This document shows, in pieces, positions 20,004 to 29,431 of a stretch of 64,000 bases of DNA. The stretch comes from an uncultured Methanosarcinales archaeon (GTDB lineage: Archaea; Nanobdellota; Nanobdellia; Woesearchaeales; CAZYIM01). The notes below the pieces were generated by a model, which was given only the letters and a program-made list of their open reading frames with translations, was not told the DNA's origin and ran no database searches. Every line of letters starts with the position of its first letter. The first letter of the stretch is position 1. The stretch spans positions 1-64,000 of the forward strand of contig CAZYIM010000006.1 of the NCBI GenBank assembly GCA_964647565.1, read 5' to 3'. The position numbers and the translations under genes are program-made.

Positions 20004-21089
20004 ATGATCTTTGTTTTCCCGTGGCAGGTATTGGTATTCTTTATTTCATTCTCATTTATATCTTTTGCCCTGGAGCAGTCTGGTTTTTTCAGATGGTGTG
20101 CTTATAAGACGACTAAACTGGCAAAACATGACGGCGTTAGGTTATTCAATTTCTTATTTTTGGTTTGTGCGATCATCACTTTTTTTACTGCCAACGATAT
20201 AGTGATATTGACTTTAACGCCATTCATCCTCCACATCGGTTTGCACCACGATAAGCATCCCAAGGCCTACTTGTTCATGTTATTCTTTGTGGCCAATACT
20301 GGCTCGTTAGGTCACTTGCTCGGGAACTTGACCAATATCATGATTGCGGATGTGATCGGAGTTTCATTCATGGGATTTTTAGAAGTGTTGTTCATCCCAA
20401 TGATTGCAGCATTGATTGTTGAGTATTTGATCCTACGGATTATGTTCAACAACGAAATTAAAAGGACTTTTTCTGTAAAAGAAGTTGAGCTGAATAAACT
20501 GATAGAAAACAAATACGAGATGAAGCTTTCGTTAATCCTGTTAGGATTAGTAATAACCTTAGCAATCTTCGAGCCTATTCATAGACTTCCTCTCTGGGCA
20601 TATAGTTTTGGAGCATTCATATTTATGTTGGTATTTACAAAATACAACAGACTGTTATTGGCAAAGAGAATGCCCTGGAAAATGCTAATTGGTGTTTCAA
20701 TCCTCTTTGTTATTGTGAACTTTATACCGCTAGAAAATATAATCAGTCTTATATCTAGCAGTGATTCATTCACTGTCATCATATCAGCAGTCGTTATCAG
20801 CTCACTTCTATCTGCGCTGATTAACAACCTGCCTTCAACTATACTGATGAGTTCTGTATTGGCAGGACTATCACTATCAAATATCGAACCTCTTGTCTAT
20901 TCAACCATAGTCGGCTCAAATATCGGAGCCAACCTTATCATTTCAGGCTCGCTAGCAGGCTTAATGTGGCTGCACCTGATCAGGGAAAAAGGTTTTAAGA
21001 TAACCTGGGCAGAATTTTCTAAAAGAGGATTTGCTGTCACAATACCTGCGATTATTGTAATATCGATTGTTCTTTGGGTGATACTTTAG
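20004..21089 (+). CDS. ArsB/NhaD-family anion permease
   Basis: TANDIVILTLTP, ANTGS...GNLTN, INNLPS and GSLAGLMW motifs. Confidence 0.88.
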   Translation: MIFVFPWQVLVFFISFSFISFALEQSGFFRWCAYKTTKLAKHDGVRLFNFLFLVCAIITFFTANDIVILTLTPFILHIGLHHDKHPKAYLFMLFFVANTGSLGHLLGNLTNIMIADVIGVSFMGFLEVLFIPMIAALIVEYLILRIMFNNEIKRTFSVKEVELNKLIENKYEMKLSLILLGLVITLAIFEPIHRLPLWAYSFGAFIFMLVFTKYNRLLLAKRMPWKMLIGVSILFVIVNFIPLENIISLISSSDSFTVIISAVVISSLLSALINNLPSTILMSSVLAGLSLSNIEPLVYSTIVGSNIGANLIISGSLAGLMWLHLIREKGFKITWAEFSKRGFAVTIPAIIVISIVLWVIL

Positions 21090-21104
21090 TCTTAGAAAAA
21101 AAAT

Positions 21105-21791
21105 CTATTTCAGCTTCTTTGCCAAATTAGCCATGTTTTTTTTATTATAATTTAATACATAGTCCATAAGCTGACTGACTTCGGTTCTGAGTGCATCTCC
21201 ATCATAAAGCTTCTTCAGCCTGGATACCCTATCGCATATTGCAGTATACACCTTAAGCCGGTCATCAGAAGTATAAGGCTGGGATGGAACAAAACTGCTC
21301 GAAGGCATCTTTTCGTCAATTTGAGTAAACATCTTGTTATATTTACCTTTCAAACCAAGCTTGTTGATAAAATCATAATGATAATCAAACAGTGGCACTT
21401 CGTTGAACCATTTAAATCTCACCCCATCCCTGGAAAAGTAACATGATTCAAGAACCTTTAAATCTCGTGCCCTTGCATAAAAGTTCTTATCATAAAATTT
21501 CTCGAACAGTATTGGTTGATCGTGCCACCCTCCAAAAAGATGCCTGCCTTCTCTGTCAACTACAACAGCCCTATGCTGGTCTCGATCCAAAGCAACTAAA
21601 ACACTCTCATCTCCCATTGGCACAAATTCCAAATATTCTTCGTGAGTTTCTCCATAAATTGGGTTGCCATCAACATCCTCAAACCTCACATTCCATTGTT
21701 TGCTACTATCCTTGAAATAAATCTCAGTGATCTTTTCAAGACCCAGATCAATAGTCCTCTTAGTTATTTTCTTGAGAGCTCTTGGAAGCAT
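21105..21791 (-). CDS. Hypothetical protein
   Basis: 228-aa ORF with a GGTGG SD. Confidence 0.7.
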   Translation of the reverse strand: MLPRALKKITKRTIDLGLEKITEIYFKDSSKQWNVRFEDVDGNPIYGETHEEYLEFVPMGDESVLVALDRDQHRAVVVDREGRHLFGGWHDQPILFEKFYDKNFYARARDLKVLESCYFSRDGVRFKWFNEVPLFDYHYDFINKLGLKGKYNKMFTQIDEKMPSSSFVPSQPYTSDDRLKVYTAICDRVSRLKKLYDGDALRTEVSQLMDYVLNYNKKNMANLAKKLK

Positions 21792-21925
21792 GCAACCACC
21801 ACCTGTTATTGTTATTATAATAAATTAGGAATTTATTTATATATAAAAATGCTTTGAATATGTTAGAGCAAAAAAGAATAAGAGCTGCAATTCTATATTC
21901 AACCAAAAAATTTATATATCAATTA

Positions 21926-21941
21926 TGAATAATATTATTCA
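21926..21941. promoter_or_regulatory. Perfect 16-bp palindrome TGAATAATATTATTCA, probable autoregulatory operator
   Basis: Lies between the TATA box (21911) and the start of the HTH-MNT gene. Confidence 0.6.
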
Positions 21942-21944
21942 AAA

Positions 21945-22520
21945 ATGAATAACATACTTAAAATACTAAATTATCTTGGAAAAAACCCTGAAAAGGAGTT
22001 TACAATGCATGAACTCAGCAAAATCCTGAAAATACCCTATGCAACATTTTACAGGAAAATACTCAATATTCAGGATATGCTGATTATTAAGGTGGTGGGT
22101 AACTCAAAAGTGATACGGCTTGACAGAGAAAACAAGATAATACAATCCTACTTAACCATATCTTCAGAAGAGGAAAAAAAGGAGTTTCTCAAGAATCGGC
22201 CCTTGATAAGAATTATTGGAGATGAACTGGATACTGATGATGTGGTGCTGATCTTCGGAAGCTACGCCCTAGGAAAAGAGTCAGAAAAAAGTGATATGGA
22301 CATTATGATCATAAATAAGAGCGGAAAAAGAACAATCTCATTCTCCAAATATGAAACCATCCACGATATTGAAATCAATCCATTATTCTTCAAGGAAAAA
22401 GAGTTCAAGACAATGATAAAAGAAACAAATGAAAACGTGGGAAAACAAGTGTTGAAGAATCACATAGTCCTAAACAATCCAAAGCGATTCTGGGAGGTGG
22501 TGCTGGATGCAATTCGATAA
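21945..22520 (+). CDS. HTH-fused minimal nucleotidyltransferase (MNT) antitoxin
   Basis: N-terminal HTH; FGSYA.G.....SDMD motif. Confidence 0.9.
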   Translation: MNNILKILNYLGKNPEKEFTMHELSKILKIPYATFYRKILNIQDMLIIKVVGNSKVIRLDRENKIIQSYLTISSEEEKKEFLKNRPLIRIIGDELDTDDVVLIFGSYALGKESEKSDMDIMIINKSGKRTISFSKYETIHDIEINPLFFKEKEFKTMIKETNENVGKQVLKNHIVLNNPKRFWEVVLDAIR

Positions 22521-23031
22521 GAAAAAATACAAAAAGCTCTTCGACAGGTTTATCAGCGAAAACAGAATCAAAGACTCAGATCAATTATTTAAGATAAGGC
22601 TATTTCTAGAAAAAGCAGAAAACAGCCTGCTTATCGCTCAACATCACAAGAACCTAAAACCAGAAGAAACAAAGCCTAAGAAATTGCACTGGAACTATTG
22701 GGCAATAACCATCTCATACTATTCAATGCTCTACGCAGCAAAAGCAGCCATTCTGTCAAGGGGCTATGAGGTCAGGGATCATCTCTCTGCGCAGATAGCC
22801 TTAGGACATCTAATGGTTCCTGACAAGATCAAGAAAGAGGACTTAGAACTCCTTGATCAGGCGTATAAGATATTTGAGGATGAGTACATCAAATATTTTG
22901 AGGATGCAAGAAAAGAAAGCCACGCAGCAAGATACTCAGCAATAAAGACCTACACTGAAAGGCGCGTTGATGAAATATACAGGCATGCCCAGAAATTCAT
23001 TTCAAAAATAATCCTGATCCTGAAAGAGTAA
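22507..23031 (+). CDS. HEPN-domain toxin
   Basis: SYYSMLYAAKAAI, H and R...RY motifs; overlaps the MNT gene. Confidence 0.9.
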   Translation: MQFDKKKYKKLFDRFISENRIKDSDQLFKIRLFLEKAENSLLIAQHHKNLKPEETKPKKLHWNYWAITISYYSMLYAAKAAILSRGYEVRDHLSAQIALGHLMVPDKIKKEDLELLDQAYKIFEDEYIKYFEDARKESHAARYSAIKTYTERRVDEIYRHAQKFISKIILILKE

Positions 23032-23198
23032 CCAAATTTGTTTTAACTTATCAGTTAATCATACTTCTTAATTTCTATCCTGAATTCATAAAGTTATAGG
23101 GGGATTTTATCTGAGATGTAGTTTCCTTTAAGGGACTTCACCCCATTTCAGATAAGTTTTCTCGACTGAAAAATGTTAGAAAAATGAAGAAAATTAAA

Positions 23199-23371
23199 TC
23201 CCCCCTCCAGGACTCTCAAATCCTGAAGGATTTGTGGTCTCCCTCTGGGATATTTGAACCAGGGATCTTCCGGTTACAACGAGCTGATTGCTTTTCATTC
23301 ATGCCCAACTACATTTGGGCTCGTCAAGCAACTTCTACAGCCAGACGCTCTAGCCACTAAGCTAAGGGGGG
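23199..23371 (-). tRNA. tRNA-Tyr(GUA) with two introns (37/38, ~60 nt; T-loop 59/60, 40 nt)
   Basis: C1-G72 acceptor CCCCCCT/AGGGGGG with A73; anticodon arm TCTGG-CTGTAG^A-CCGGA; GGTTCAAA^TCC; one U-U pair in the T stem. Confidence 0.88.
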
Positions 23372-23419
23372 ATATGCTATTTAGGGGAAAGAATTGTTTT
23401 ATAAATGTTTTTCTTTGGA

Positions 23420-23770
23420 TTACCCTATATATTCCACCTTGCTCTCTTTCTTGGCTTTTCTTGCAGATTCAACCTGTTTCTTCATGTTGGCAGGTATCTT
23501 CTTGGACTTCATTTCCTTAAATAGCTTATTGGTGCTCTCACTCAGCATCTTAGAAAGGTTCATTGCAGTGAATGGATCTATAAGCATCCGGCCAATAATG
23601 TTCCGCGTATTCTTGTCTATAAAAAGCAGTTCAACCAAGGCCCACTTCTTGATCTCGTCTTTGCCTTTCTTGTCTTTGGCAACATTGACCTTCATACCGA
23701 TGTTCACTGAGACATCTGTTGCAAAGATTGGTTTTACATCTGGAGGAATATTCAATTGCATATTTGACAT
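23420..23770 (-). CDS. Hypothetical protein (DUF3467-like layout)
   Basis: GGTGAT SD; P.FA..V / L.F / R..I.P..A..L pattern. Confidence 0.65.
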   Translation of the reverse strand: MSNMQLNIPPDVKPIFATDVSVNIGMKVNVAKDKKGKDEIKKWALVELLFIDKNTRNIIGRMLIDPFTAMNLSKMLSESTNKLFKEMKSKKIPANMKKQVESARKAKKESKVEYIG

Positions 23771-23839
23771 TCTATCACCCTAGCGAAAGGTTTTTATATC
23801 AGTTTATTAATATTTGTATTTATATAGAGGTGTGTTACT

Positions 23840-24193
23840 ATGAAAAAAAAGGATTCAAATTATTATCTCTTAGCAATCGTTGCAATTGTTGCAGTGGTTG
23901 GCATCATTGTTATGGTCTTTGCAAGTATGCCCAATCAAAAGACTACAGTGGCGTTAAGTTCTGATGCAGAAGCTGCTAACACAGGAGGTATGGCAAGGGT
24001 TTTGTTGGATAATAAAGAAACTAGTTCTGTTGCAGTAGACGAAACCTGCATTTGCGATCTAAAGGGCACTTGTCCTAACAGAATTTTCACTGTCCACAAT
24101 ATGAAAACAGATTTCGCACTAGATAAATGTTCTAACCGTGGTGAAACAGAAGAAAATTGCCATCTCTACTATTACGATTGTAAGTGGAAATAA
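23840..24193 (+). CDS. Membrane-anchored Cys-containing surface protein
   Basis: N-terminal LAIVAIVAVVG anchor followed by TGGMA; six Cys residues. Confidence 0.75.
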   Translation: MKKKDSNYYLLAIVAIVAVVGIIVMVFASMPNQKTTVALSSDAEAANTGGMARVLLDNKETSSVAVDETCICDLKGTCPNRIFTVHNMKTDFALDKCSNRGETEENCHLYYYDCKWK

Positions 24194-24204
24194 GAAATCT
24201 TACC

Positions 24205-25107
24205 CTATCCTATCATATAGCTCTGCAGGATTATATCTTTGTAGACTGTGGCATGGCCTAGCACCCATGTTTCTACTACAACTCCTATGATCAGGATCAG
24301 GATTGCAAATATGAAAAGCATGAAGTTGTACATAAATACTCGATTGAACCTGGCGCTTTCGAACTTCTCAAGAATTACATCCTTGGATATAACTCCTCCA
24401 GATATGGCTCCGAGTATGTATGATAATATCTCCAGGAAAGCATGAGGTAATACTATCAATAAGACTAACAACAAGTAATACATGATAGGTACATTTGCAT
24501 ATAGCGCTGCGTTCCTTGCAGTGACCCCAAATATGGTGCCCCATAACGAGGCGTTCCAGGTTATCAGGAAGATGGCACCGTCTCCTGTCAATAATGAGAC
24601 AAAAAAGCATGCAAACAAAACCCACCAGTTGTTTTTGAGGATCATCCAGAACAGGCCGCCATTTAATGAGAATATGGATGCCATGCCACTTGATAACCCT
24701 GAAGGCTCCTGGATCATCTTGCCAGTTGCCCCTCTCATCTCAAGCTGCTGTTGGAACAATGTGTTTACTTGAAAGCTGGGCAATACAGACGCTGCTATTG
24801 CATATACAATGAAGATGCCTGCGGCCAATAACAGATAAGTCTTGACAAAGTCCTTGTTATCCTTGAAGAGCTCTTTGACAGAGAATCTTTTCTCTTGTTC
24901 CTCCTTTTTCTCCTCTAAGGAGAACATCTTGTAGAGCTCAGGAAGCATGAGTATGGCAGTGATTGCTACTGCAACCAATGCTGGGTCTTTGGGAAATAAT
25001 ATCTTGGCAAGGATTATTCCTATAAGAGAATAGCCAGCACCCAGTATTAACGCATACACGCCCTTTTTTTCAAGCCATTGCTCTGGAAACAGGTGCTCTA
25101 GAACCAT
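24205..25107 (-). CDS. SpoIIM (DUF95) family membrane protein
   Basis: ILKNN, WNAS.WG, LPHAFLE and VVE motifs. Confidence 0.85.
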   Translation of the reverse strand: MVLEHLFPEQWLEKKGVYALILGAGYSLIGIILAKILFPKDPALVAVAITAILMLPELYKMFSLEEKKEEQEKRFSVKELFKDNKDFVKTYLLLAAGIFIVYAIAASVLPSFQVNTLFQQQLEMRGATGKMIQEPSGLSSGMASIFSLNGGLFWMILKNNWWVLFACFFVSLLTGDGAIFLITWNASLWGTIFGVTARNAALYANVPIMYYLLLVLLIVLPHAFLEILSYILGAISGGVISKDVILEKFESARFNRVFMYNFMLFIFAILILIIGVVVETWVLGHATVYKDIILQSYMIG

Positions 25108-25217
25108 GATCTGATATTAAGAACGAAAGTTTTTAAATTTTTCTAATTGAAATTTTATTATTGTGGAGGGGTGACAATGGTAATATTTAAATAAAGTTAA
25201 GTGTTTCCCCTATTAAA

Positions 25218-26471
25218 ATGAAGCTTAATGAATCAACAAAAGACCTAATAGACCTAGGTGTTGAATACGATGAAATCAAGATCCCTCCATTCAAGATAAT
25301 AAATGCATGTACCTTGGGTTATCTAAATAAAATGTCACATGAAGAAATGGAGCCATTGATCGATGATATCTGCAATATTATTAAAAAACAGGACTCAATT
25401 AAACATTATAGGAATAAACTAGAAGATTACAGTCTTAAACCTGCTGATATTGAAAGGTTCTATGACATCAACTTCGCCAAGGTAGTATTTAGGGGCGGTA
25501 CAGAAAAGTTCCCGTTTGCTCTTGATGTATATTTCACTTTCAATGAACAAAATCATTTTCTACAGATAGGCCACAGGAGACAGAAACAAGATGAAGCGAC
25601 AATGGGTTCACGCTCTAATGTAACTGAATATCTATTGGATACACAGCCATTAGGAGAAACTGTTGAACATAGGAAAAACCTTACTTCAAGAATCAAGGCG
25701 GCCATCGATCACTCAGTCTATATGGCAGAAGCAGAGAAGTTTGCACAGGATAACAAGCAAAGAATAGGCGAATTCCTATTAGGATTGATCGAGAATGATC
25801 CGATCGTGAACATCTTTGGAAATGCACCTACATTTTCAATTGAACTTACCAAGAATACAGAACTCAGCCATCTTAAAAAAATGCTCTATCCCGGAGCTCC
25901 TACTATTGTGACAACATTAAAGAATACCATGCCTAGCGGAGCAGAAGTCAGCACCAGCATAAAGGGCGATGTATTCTACATCCCTGGTAATCGTTTTGGT
26001 CTGTTTGGATATACTAAAGAGGAAAGAAGACTTATGTCAGGTGATTTCCAGTCTGAAAACGGTCAGGAAATGATCATGTACTTTGATAGGGATGGAACAG
26101 AGATTAAGAATCCGGTCTATAAGGTAAATCTGCTGGATTCAAAGATAATGCACACAACTAAACCTTATTCAACCTCTCAAAAAGCCAATGATGCCAATTT
26201 AGTGATGGCAGAAAATATAGGAGAGACTAGCAATTTCCTTCTTGATGTTCGGTATGATGCTAAAGTCAACGACGACCATTCCATCAGTATTACAGTAGAT
26301 CTTTCACCCAAAGAAAGAGCTAAATATCATGAGCTGCTCAAAGAAGGACCAAGTTTAAAGAGCAGGGAACAGTTTACAGCGAGAGCATTTGAACTCGGGG
26401 GCAATCTCTCCAGATACAAACCCCTAAAAGATGCAGTTGTTAAGATAGATAATATTCTCGGTGGCAACTAA
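25218..26471 (+). CDS. Hypothetical protein
   Basis: 417-aa ORF with a TATA box upstream. Confidence 0.75.
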   Translation: MKLNESTKDLIDLGVEYDEIKIPPFKIINACTLGYLNKMSHEEMEPLIDDICNIIKKQDSIKHYRNKLEDYSLKPADIERFYDINFAKVVFRGGTEKFPFALDVYFTFNEQNHFLQIGHRRQKQDEATMGSRSNVTEYLLDTQPLGETVEHRKNLTSRIKAAIDHSVYMAEAEKFAQDNKQRIGEFLLGLIENDPIVNIFGNAPTFSIELTKNTELSHLKKMLYPGAPTIVTTLKNTMPSGAEVSTSIKGDVFYIPGNRFGLFGYTKEERRLMSGDFQSENGQEMIMYFDRDGTEIKNPVYKVNLLDSKIMHTTKPYSTSQKANDANLVMAENIGETSNFLLDVRYDAKVNDDHSISITVDLSPKERAKYHELLKEGPSLKSREQFTARAFELGGNLSRYKPLKDAVVKIDNILGGN

Positions 26472-27601
26472 CCAAACAGCTTTCCAAAGAAGCTTTTCTG
26501 GGGCTTGACATCTTTGCCAGAGGCTTTTGCAAACTCCTTTAGTGCGTCTTTTTGTTTACCAGAAAGTTTCTTAGGCACTTGCACGTCCACTCTTATAAGC
26601 TGGTCTCCTGAGCCATAGCTGTTTAAGTAGGGTATTCCCTTGCTGCGCATCTTGAATATGGTTCCAGACTGGGTTCCACTCGGGATCTTCAGATCTGCCT
26701 TACCCTTTAATGTCGGCACTTCAATCTCATCACCCATCGATGCCTGCACAAAGCTGATTGGCACCTCTAATAGAATATCATTACCATGCCTTTCAAAATA
26801 TTTATGAGCTTTCACATGTATGAATATATATAGATCTCCTGTCCTTCCATTCCTGTAACCAGCTTCACCTTCTCCCGAAAGCCTTAGCTGTTGGCCATCC
26901 TCCACACCTTCAGGAATTGTGATTTCTATCTTCTTGGTCTTAACAGACTTGCCTGTACCCTCGCATTCTGCACAAGGATTGGTAATTACCTGGCCTGAGC
27001 CACTACAGTTTCTGCAAGTGGTGGTTGTCTGGAAGAGCCCAAATGGCGTCCTCCTGGTTTGTCTCACATGACCTGTGCCCTGGCACTCTTCACAGCTTTC
27101 TAAATTAGTGCCTCCTGCGCCATTGCACTTATCACATTTATCAGCTTTCTTTACTGATATGGTTTTCTTGATTCCAAAGGCAGCCTCATTAAGGGTTATC
27201 TCAATATCATATCTAAGGTCATTACCCCTTCGAGATGAGTTTCTTCTTGAACGGCCGCCACCTCCAAAAAAGGTGTCAAATATATCGCCAAAGTCAAACT
27301 CTCCTCCAAAACCAAAGTCCCTGAAGTCAAAATTATTATAGTCAAAGCCGCCAGGACCTCTCTTCAAACCCTCGCTACCATATTGATTATAAGTCTCCCT
27401 TTTCCTATCATCACCCAATACAGACGCAGCCTCATTGATCTCCTTGAACTTCTCCTCTGCTTCTTTCTTTTCTGAATCTGAAGCATTTGCAATCTTATCA
27501 GGATGATATTTCATGGCCAGCTTTTTATAGGCTTTCTTAATCTCATCTTTAGTTGCGTCCTTACTAACACCCAGAATCTTGTAGTAGTCTTTCTCTGCCA
27601 T
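26468..27601 (-). CDS. dnaJ: Chaperone DnaJ
   Basis: J domain with HPD, G/F-rich region, four CxxCxGxG repeats. Confidence 0.98.
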   Translation of the reverse strand: MAEKDYYKILGVSKDATKDEIKKAYKKLAMKYHPDKIANASDSEKKEAEEKFKEINEAASVLGDDRKRETYNQYGSEGLKRGPGGFDYNNFDFRDFGFGGEFDFGDIFDTFFGGGGRSRRNSSRRGNDLRYDIEITLNEAAFGIKKTISVKKADKCDKCNGAGGTNLESCEECQGTGHVRQTRRTPFGLFQTTTTCRNCSGSGQVITNPCAECEGTGKSVKTKKIEITIPEGVEDGQQLRLSGEGEAGYRNGRTGDLYIFIHVKAHKYFERHGNDILLEVPISFVQASMGDEIEVPTLKGKADLKIPSGTQSGTIFKMRSKGIPYLNSYGSGDQLIRVDVQVPKKLSGKQKDALKEFAKASGKDVKPQKSFFGKLFG

Positions 27602-29235
27602 CATAATGCCTCAATAACTTCTTTGATGTCTTTCATCCTGTTTGAATTGTATTCATCCTTTGTTATATTATGGGCTGCATACAATGCATCCAATGGTTTG
27701 GTCTGACCTCTCCTGTATCTTACAGGATACGATTGCTCAAGAGCTCCCTTTGAAAGCACAAAGATATTCTTTGTCTTCAGATATGCAATCCTCTCATTCC
27801 TGGATTGAATCTTCTTTCTTGCTTTCTTGAGCTCTTCATATATTACTTTCGGCCAGAACCTGCCTTTGATAGAATCCAGGTCTGTCATGATCATGTAAGG
27901 TATGTGGAATATCTTCAGTAGAGCAACATAAACAGTGAAGTTGTCCTTACTGTAGCTACTGACTACTTTTATCTCTTCAGTTGATTTTGAGAACTTGCCC
28001 ATCAGGATCTCCATGAACATCTTATCTGATATTCCTTCAACCAGAAGCACTTTGTCGGCAAAGAACATCTCACAGTTCTCTGCGTTAAGTTCCTGCTCCA
28101 ATCTGTCGACGTTGACAAAATCCTGTTCTGCCATGCCATAGACAAATGTTTTCTCATCTTTTTTTATAACCCTGTAAAGACCTCTGATAATCTTGGGATC
28201 TACAAAGACAGACGAATGAGTGATTAATATGATTTGGGAAGCCTTTGAAAACTCTGCCACCATATCGAACAGCTTTCTTTGGGCTTCAGGATGCAGATGT
28301 ATCTCAGGCTCTTCAATTGCAATAATTGAACCGCCAGACATAATAAGAGCATGCATCAAGAGTAAGAGTTCATAATTGCCACCGCCTATCGAGGTTAGGG
28401 GTATTTCTACGCCCTCGTTGGTCTCAAACCTGACATCAACCACCTTATTGCCTCTTTTCACCTGCACGACCTTCTCAATCAGGGTTGACATCCTGTTGAT
28501 GAAGCTTGTGAACTGTTGAAACATCAGCCTCTTGTCCCTGTCCTCACTGTTGGCAAGATTGATTAAAGAAGTTTTTATGAAACCCTCTGCTTTGGTCTTC
28601 TGTGAAGCGGGCATAGGATCCCTGATAATATTTCGCTCAGCAGGAATGAACTCAAAATGGTTGCCAAGATTCTTAAGAAACGTCTCTATGACCAATCCTT
28701 TTTTCTTCACATCAAAATCCTTAAACTCGATACTCTTATCAGTATAATATAAGACTCTCTGTTTTTCATATGAGGGTTTTACGAGCATTATACGGTCCAG
28801 GCTTACAAAGTCAAGATTGCACCTGGTTTTATTGCTTTTCGAGTCAGTGCTTATCCGTCTCTTGATCACCAATTCATGACCTGATTCATAGCCAGAAAAA
28901 TTAGCCTTTTCCAACACTTTAGACAAGTTAAGTTTCTTCAATTCAATTGTTGACAGCTCCAGATGTAAAGAAATGTCAAAATAATCCTTAAGCCGATCAT
29001 GCAGGATAAGAGATAGATCTCCCTTATACCGTTTTGCAATCAGGTTTTTTTCTTCTAACACCAATTCAGGGAAATGTGTCTGCAGGTCTGCATTGAAAAT
29101 AATGTCAATAGCGTCTAGAATATTAGACTTACCTGCATCGTTCTTGCCAATAAAGATGTTAAGATTAGAGAGGTCAGTGATCTCTAAATGATCGATGCTT
29201 TTGAAATTCTCGATAATAATCTTCTTAATCCGCAT
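27601..29235 (-). CDS. OLD-family ATP-dependent nuclease (ABC ATPase + TOPRIM)
   Basis: Walker A GKNDAGKS; Walker B IEEPEIHLHP; ITHS; TOPRIM LVEGISD and DLD; GAGGTG SD before the ATG at 29235. Confidence 0.88.
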   Translation of the reverse strand: MRIKKIIIENFKSIDHLEITDLSNLNIFIGKNDAGKSNILDAIDIIFNADLQTHFPELVLEEKNLIAKRYKGDLSLILHDRLKDYFDISLHLELSTIELKKLNLSKVLEKANFSGYESGHELVIKRRISTDSKSNKTRCNLDFVSLDRIMLVKPSYEKQRVLYYTDKSIEFKDFDVKKKGLVIETFLKNLGNHFEFIPAERNIIRDPMPASQKTKAEGFIKTSLINLANSEDRDKRLMFQQFTSFINRMSTLIEKVVQVKRGNKVVDVRFETNEGVEIPLTSIGGGNYELLLLMHALIMSGGSIIAIEEPEIHLHPEAQRKLFDMVAEFSKASQIILITHSSVFVDPKIIRGLYRVIKKDEKTFVYGMAEQDFVNVDRLEQELNAENCEMFFADKVLLVEGISDKMFMEILMGKFSKSTEEIKVVSSYSKDNFTVYVALLKIFHIPYMIMTDLDSIKGRFWPKVIYEELKKARKKIQSRNERIAYLKTKNIFVLSKGALEQSYPVRYRRGQTKPLDALYAAHNITKDEYNSNRMKDIKEVIEAL

Positions 29236-29306
29236 ATAACACCTCTGATGATGCATTAATGTCTGGTAATTAAAAAGGTTACGAAAAGGAAATAAGTTAG
29301 CATTAG

Positions 29307-29428
29307 GAAAAATAACAACAACAGTGGCACAGACGGCCAGAGCCTAGCTCTATCCTACTCCACTTACTCGAACACCACACTCCGCATGGCAACCGAGTAA
29401 GCTGCGTCTGACCAGGTTGTCATTTTTC
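29307..29428 (-). repeat. Structured intergenic element, copy A
   Basis: Terminal arms pair with each other and match the arms of the element at 61932-62067. Confidence 0.75.
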
Positions 29429-29431
29429 TAA

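Noticed and set aside
23199..23371. Reading the gene as tRNA-Thr(UGU) using TTGTAA at the intron 3' end
   Set aside because: C1-G72, A73 and the CTGTAGA loop are archaeal tRNA-Tyr identity elements.
23254..23520. 88-aa ORF on the + strand
   Set aside because: It overlaps tRNA-Tyr and an opposite-strand gene; spurious.
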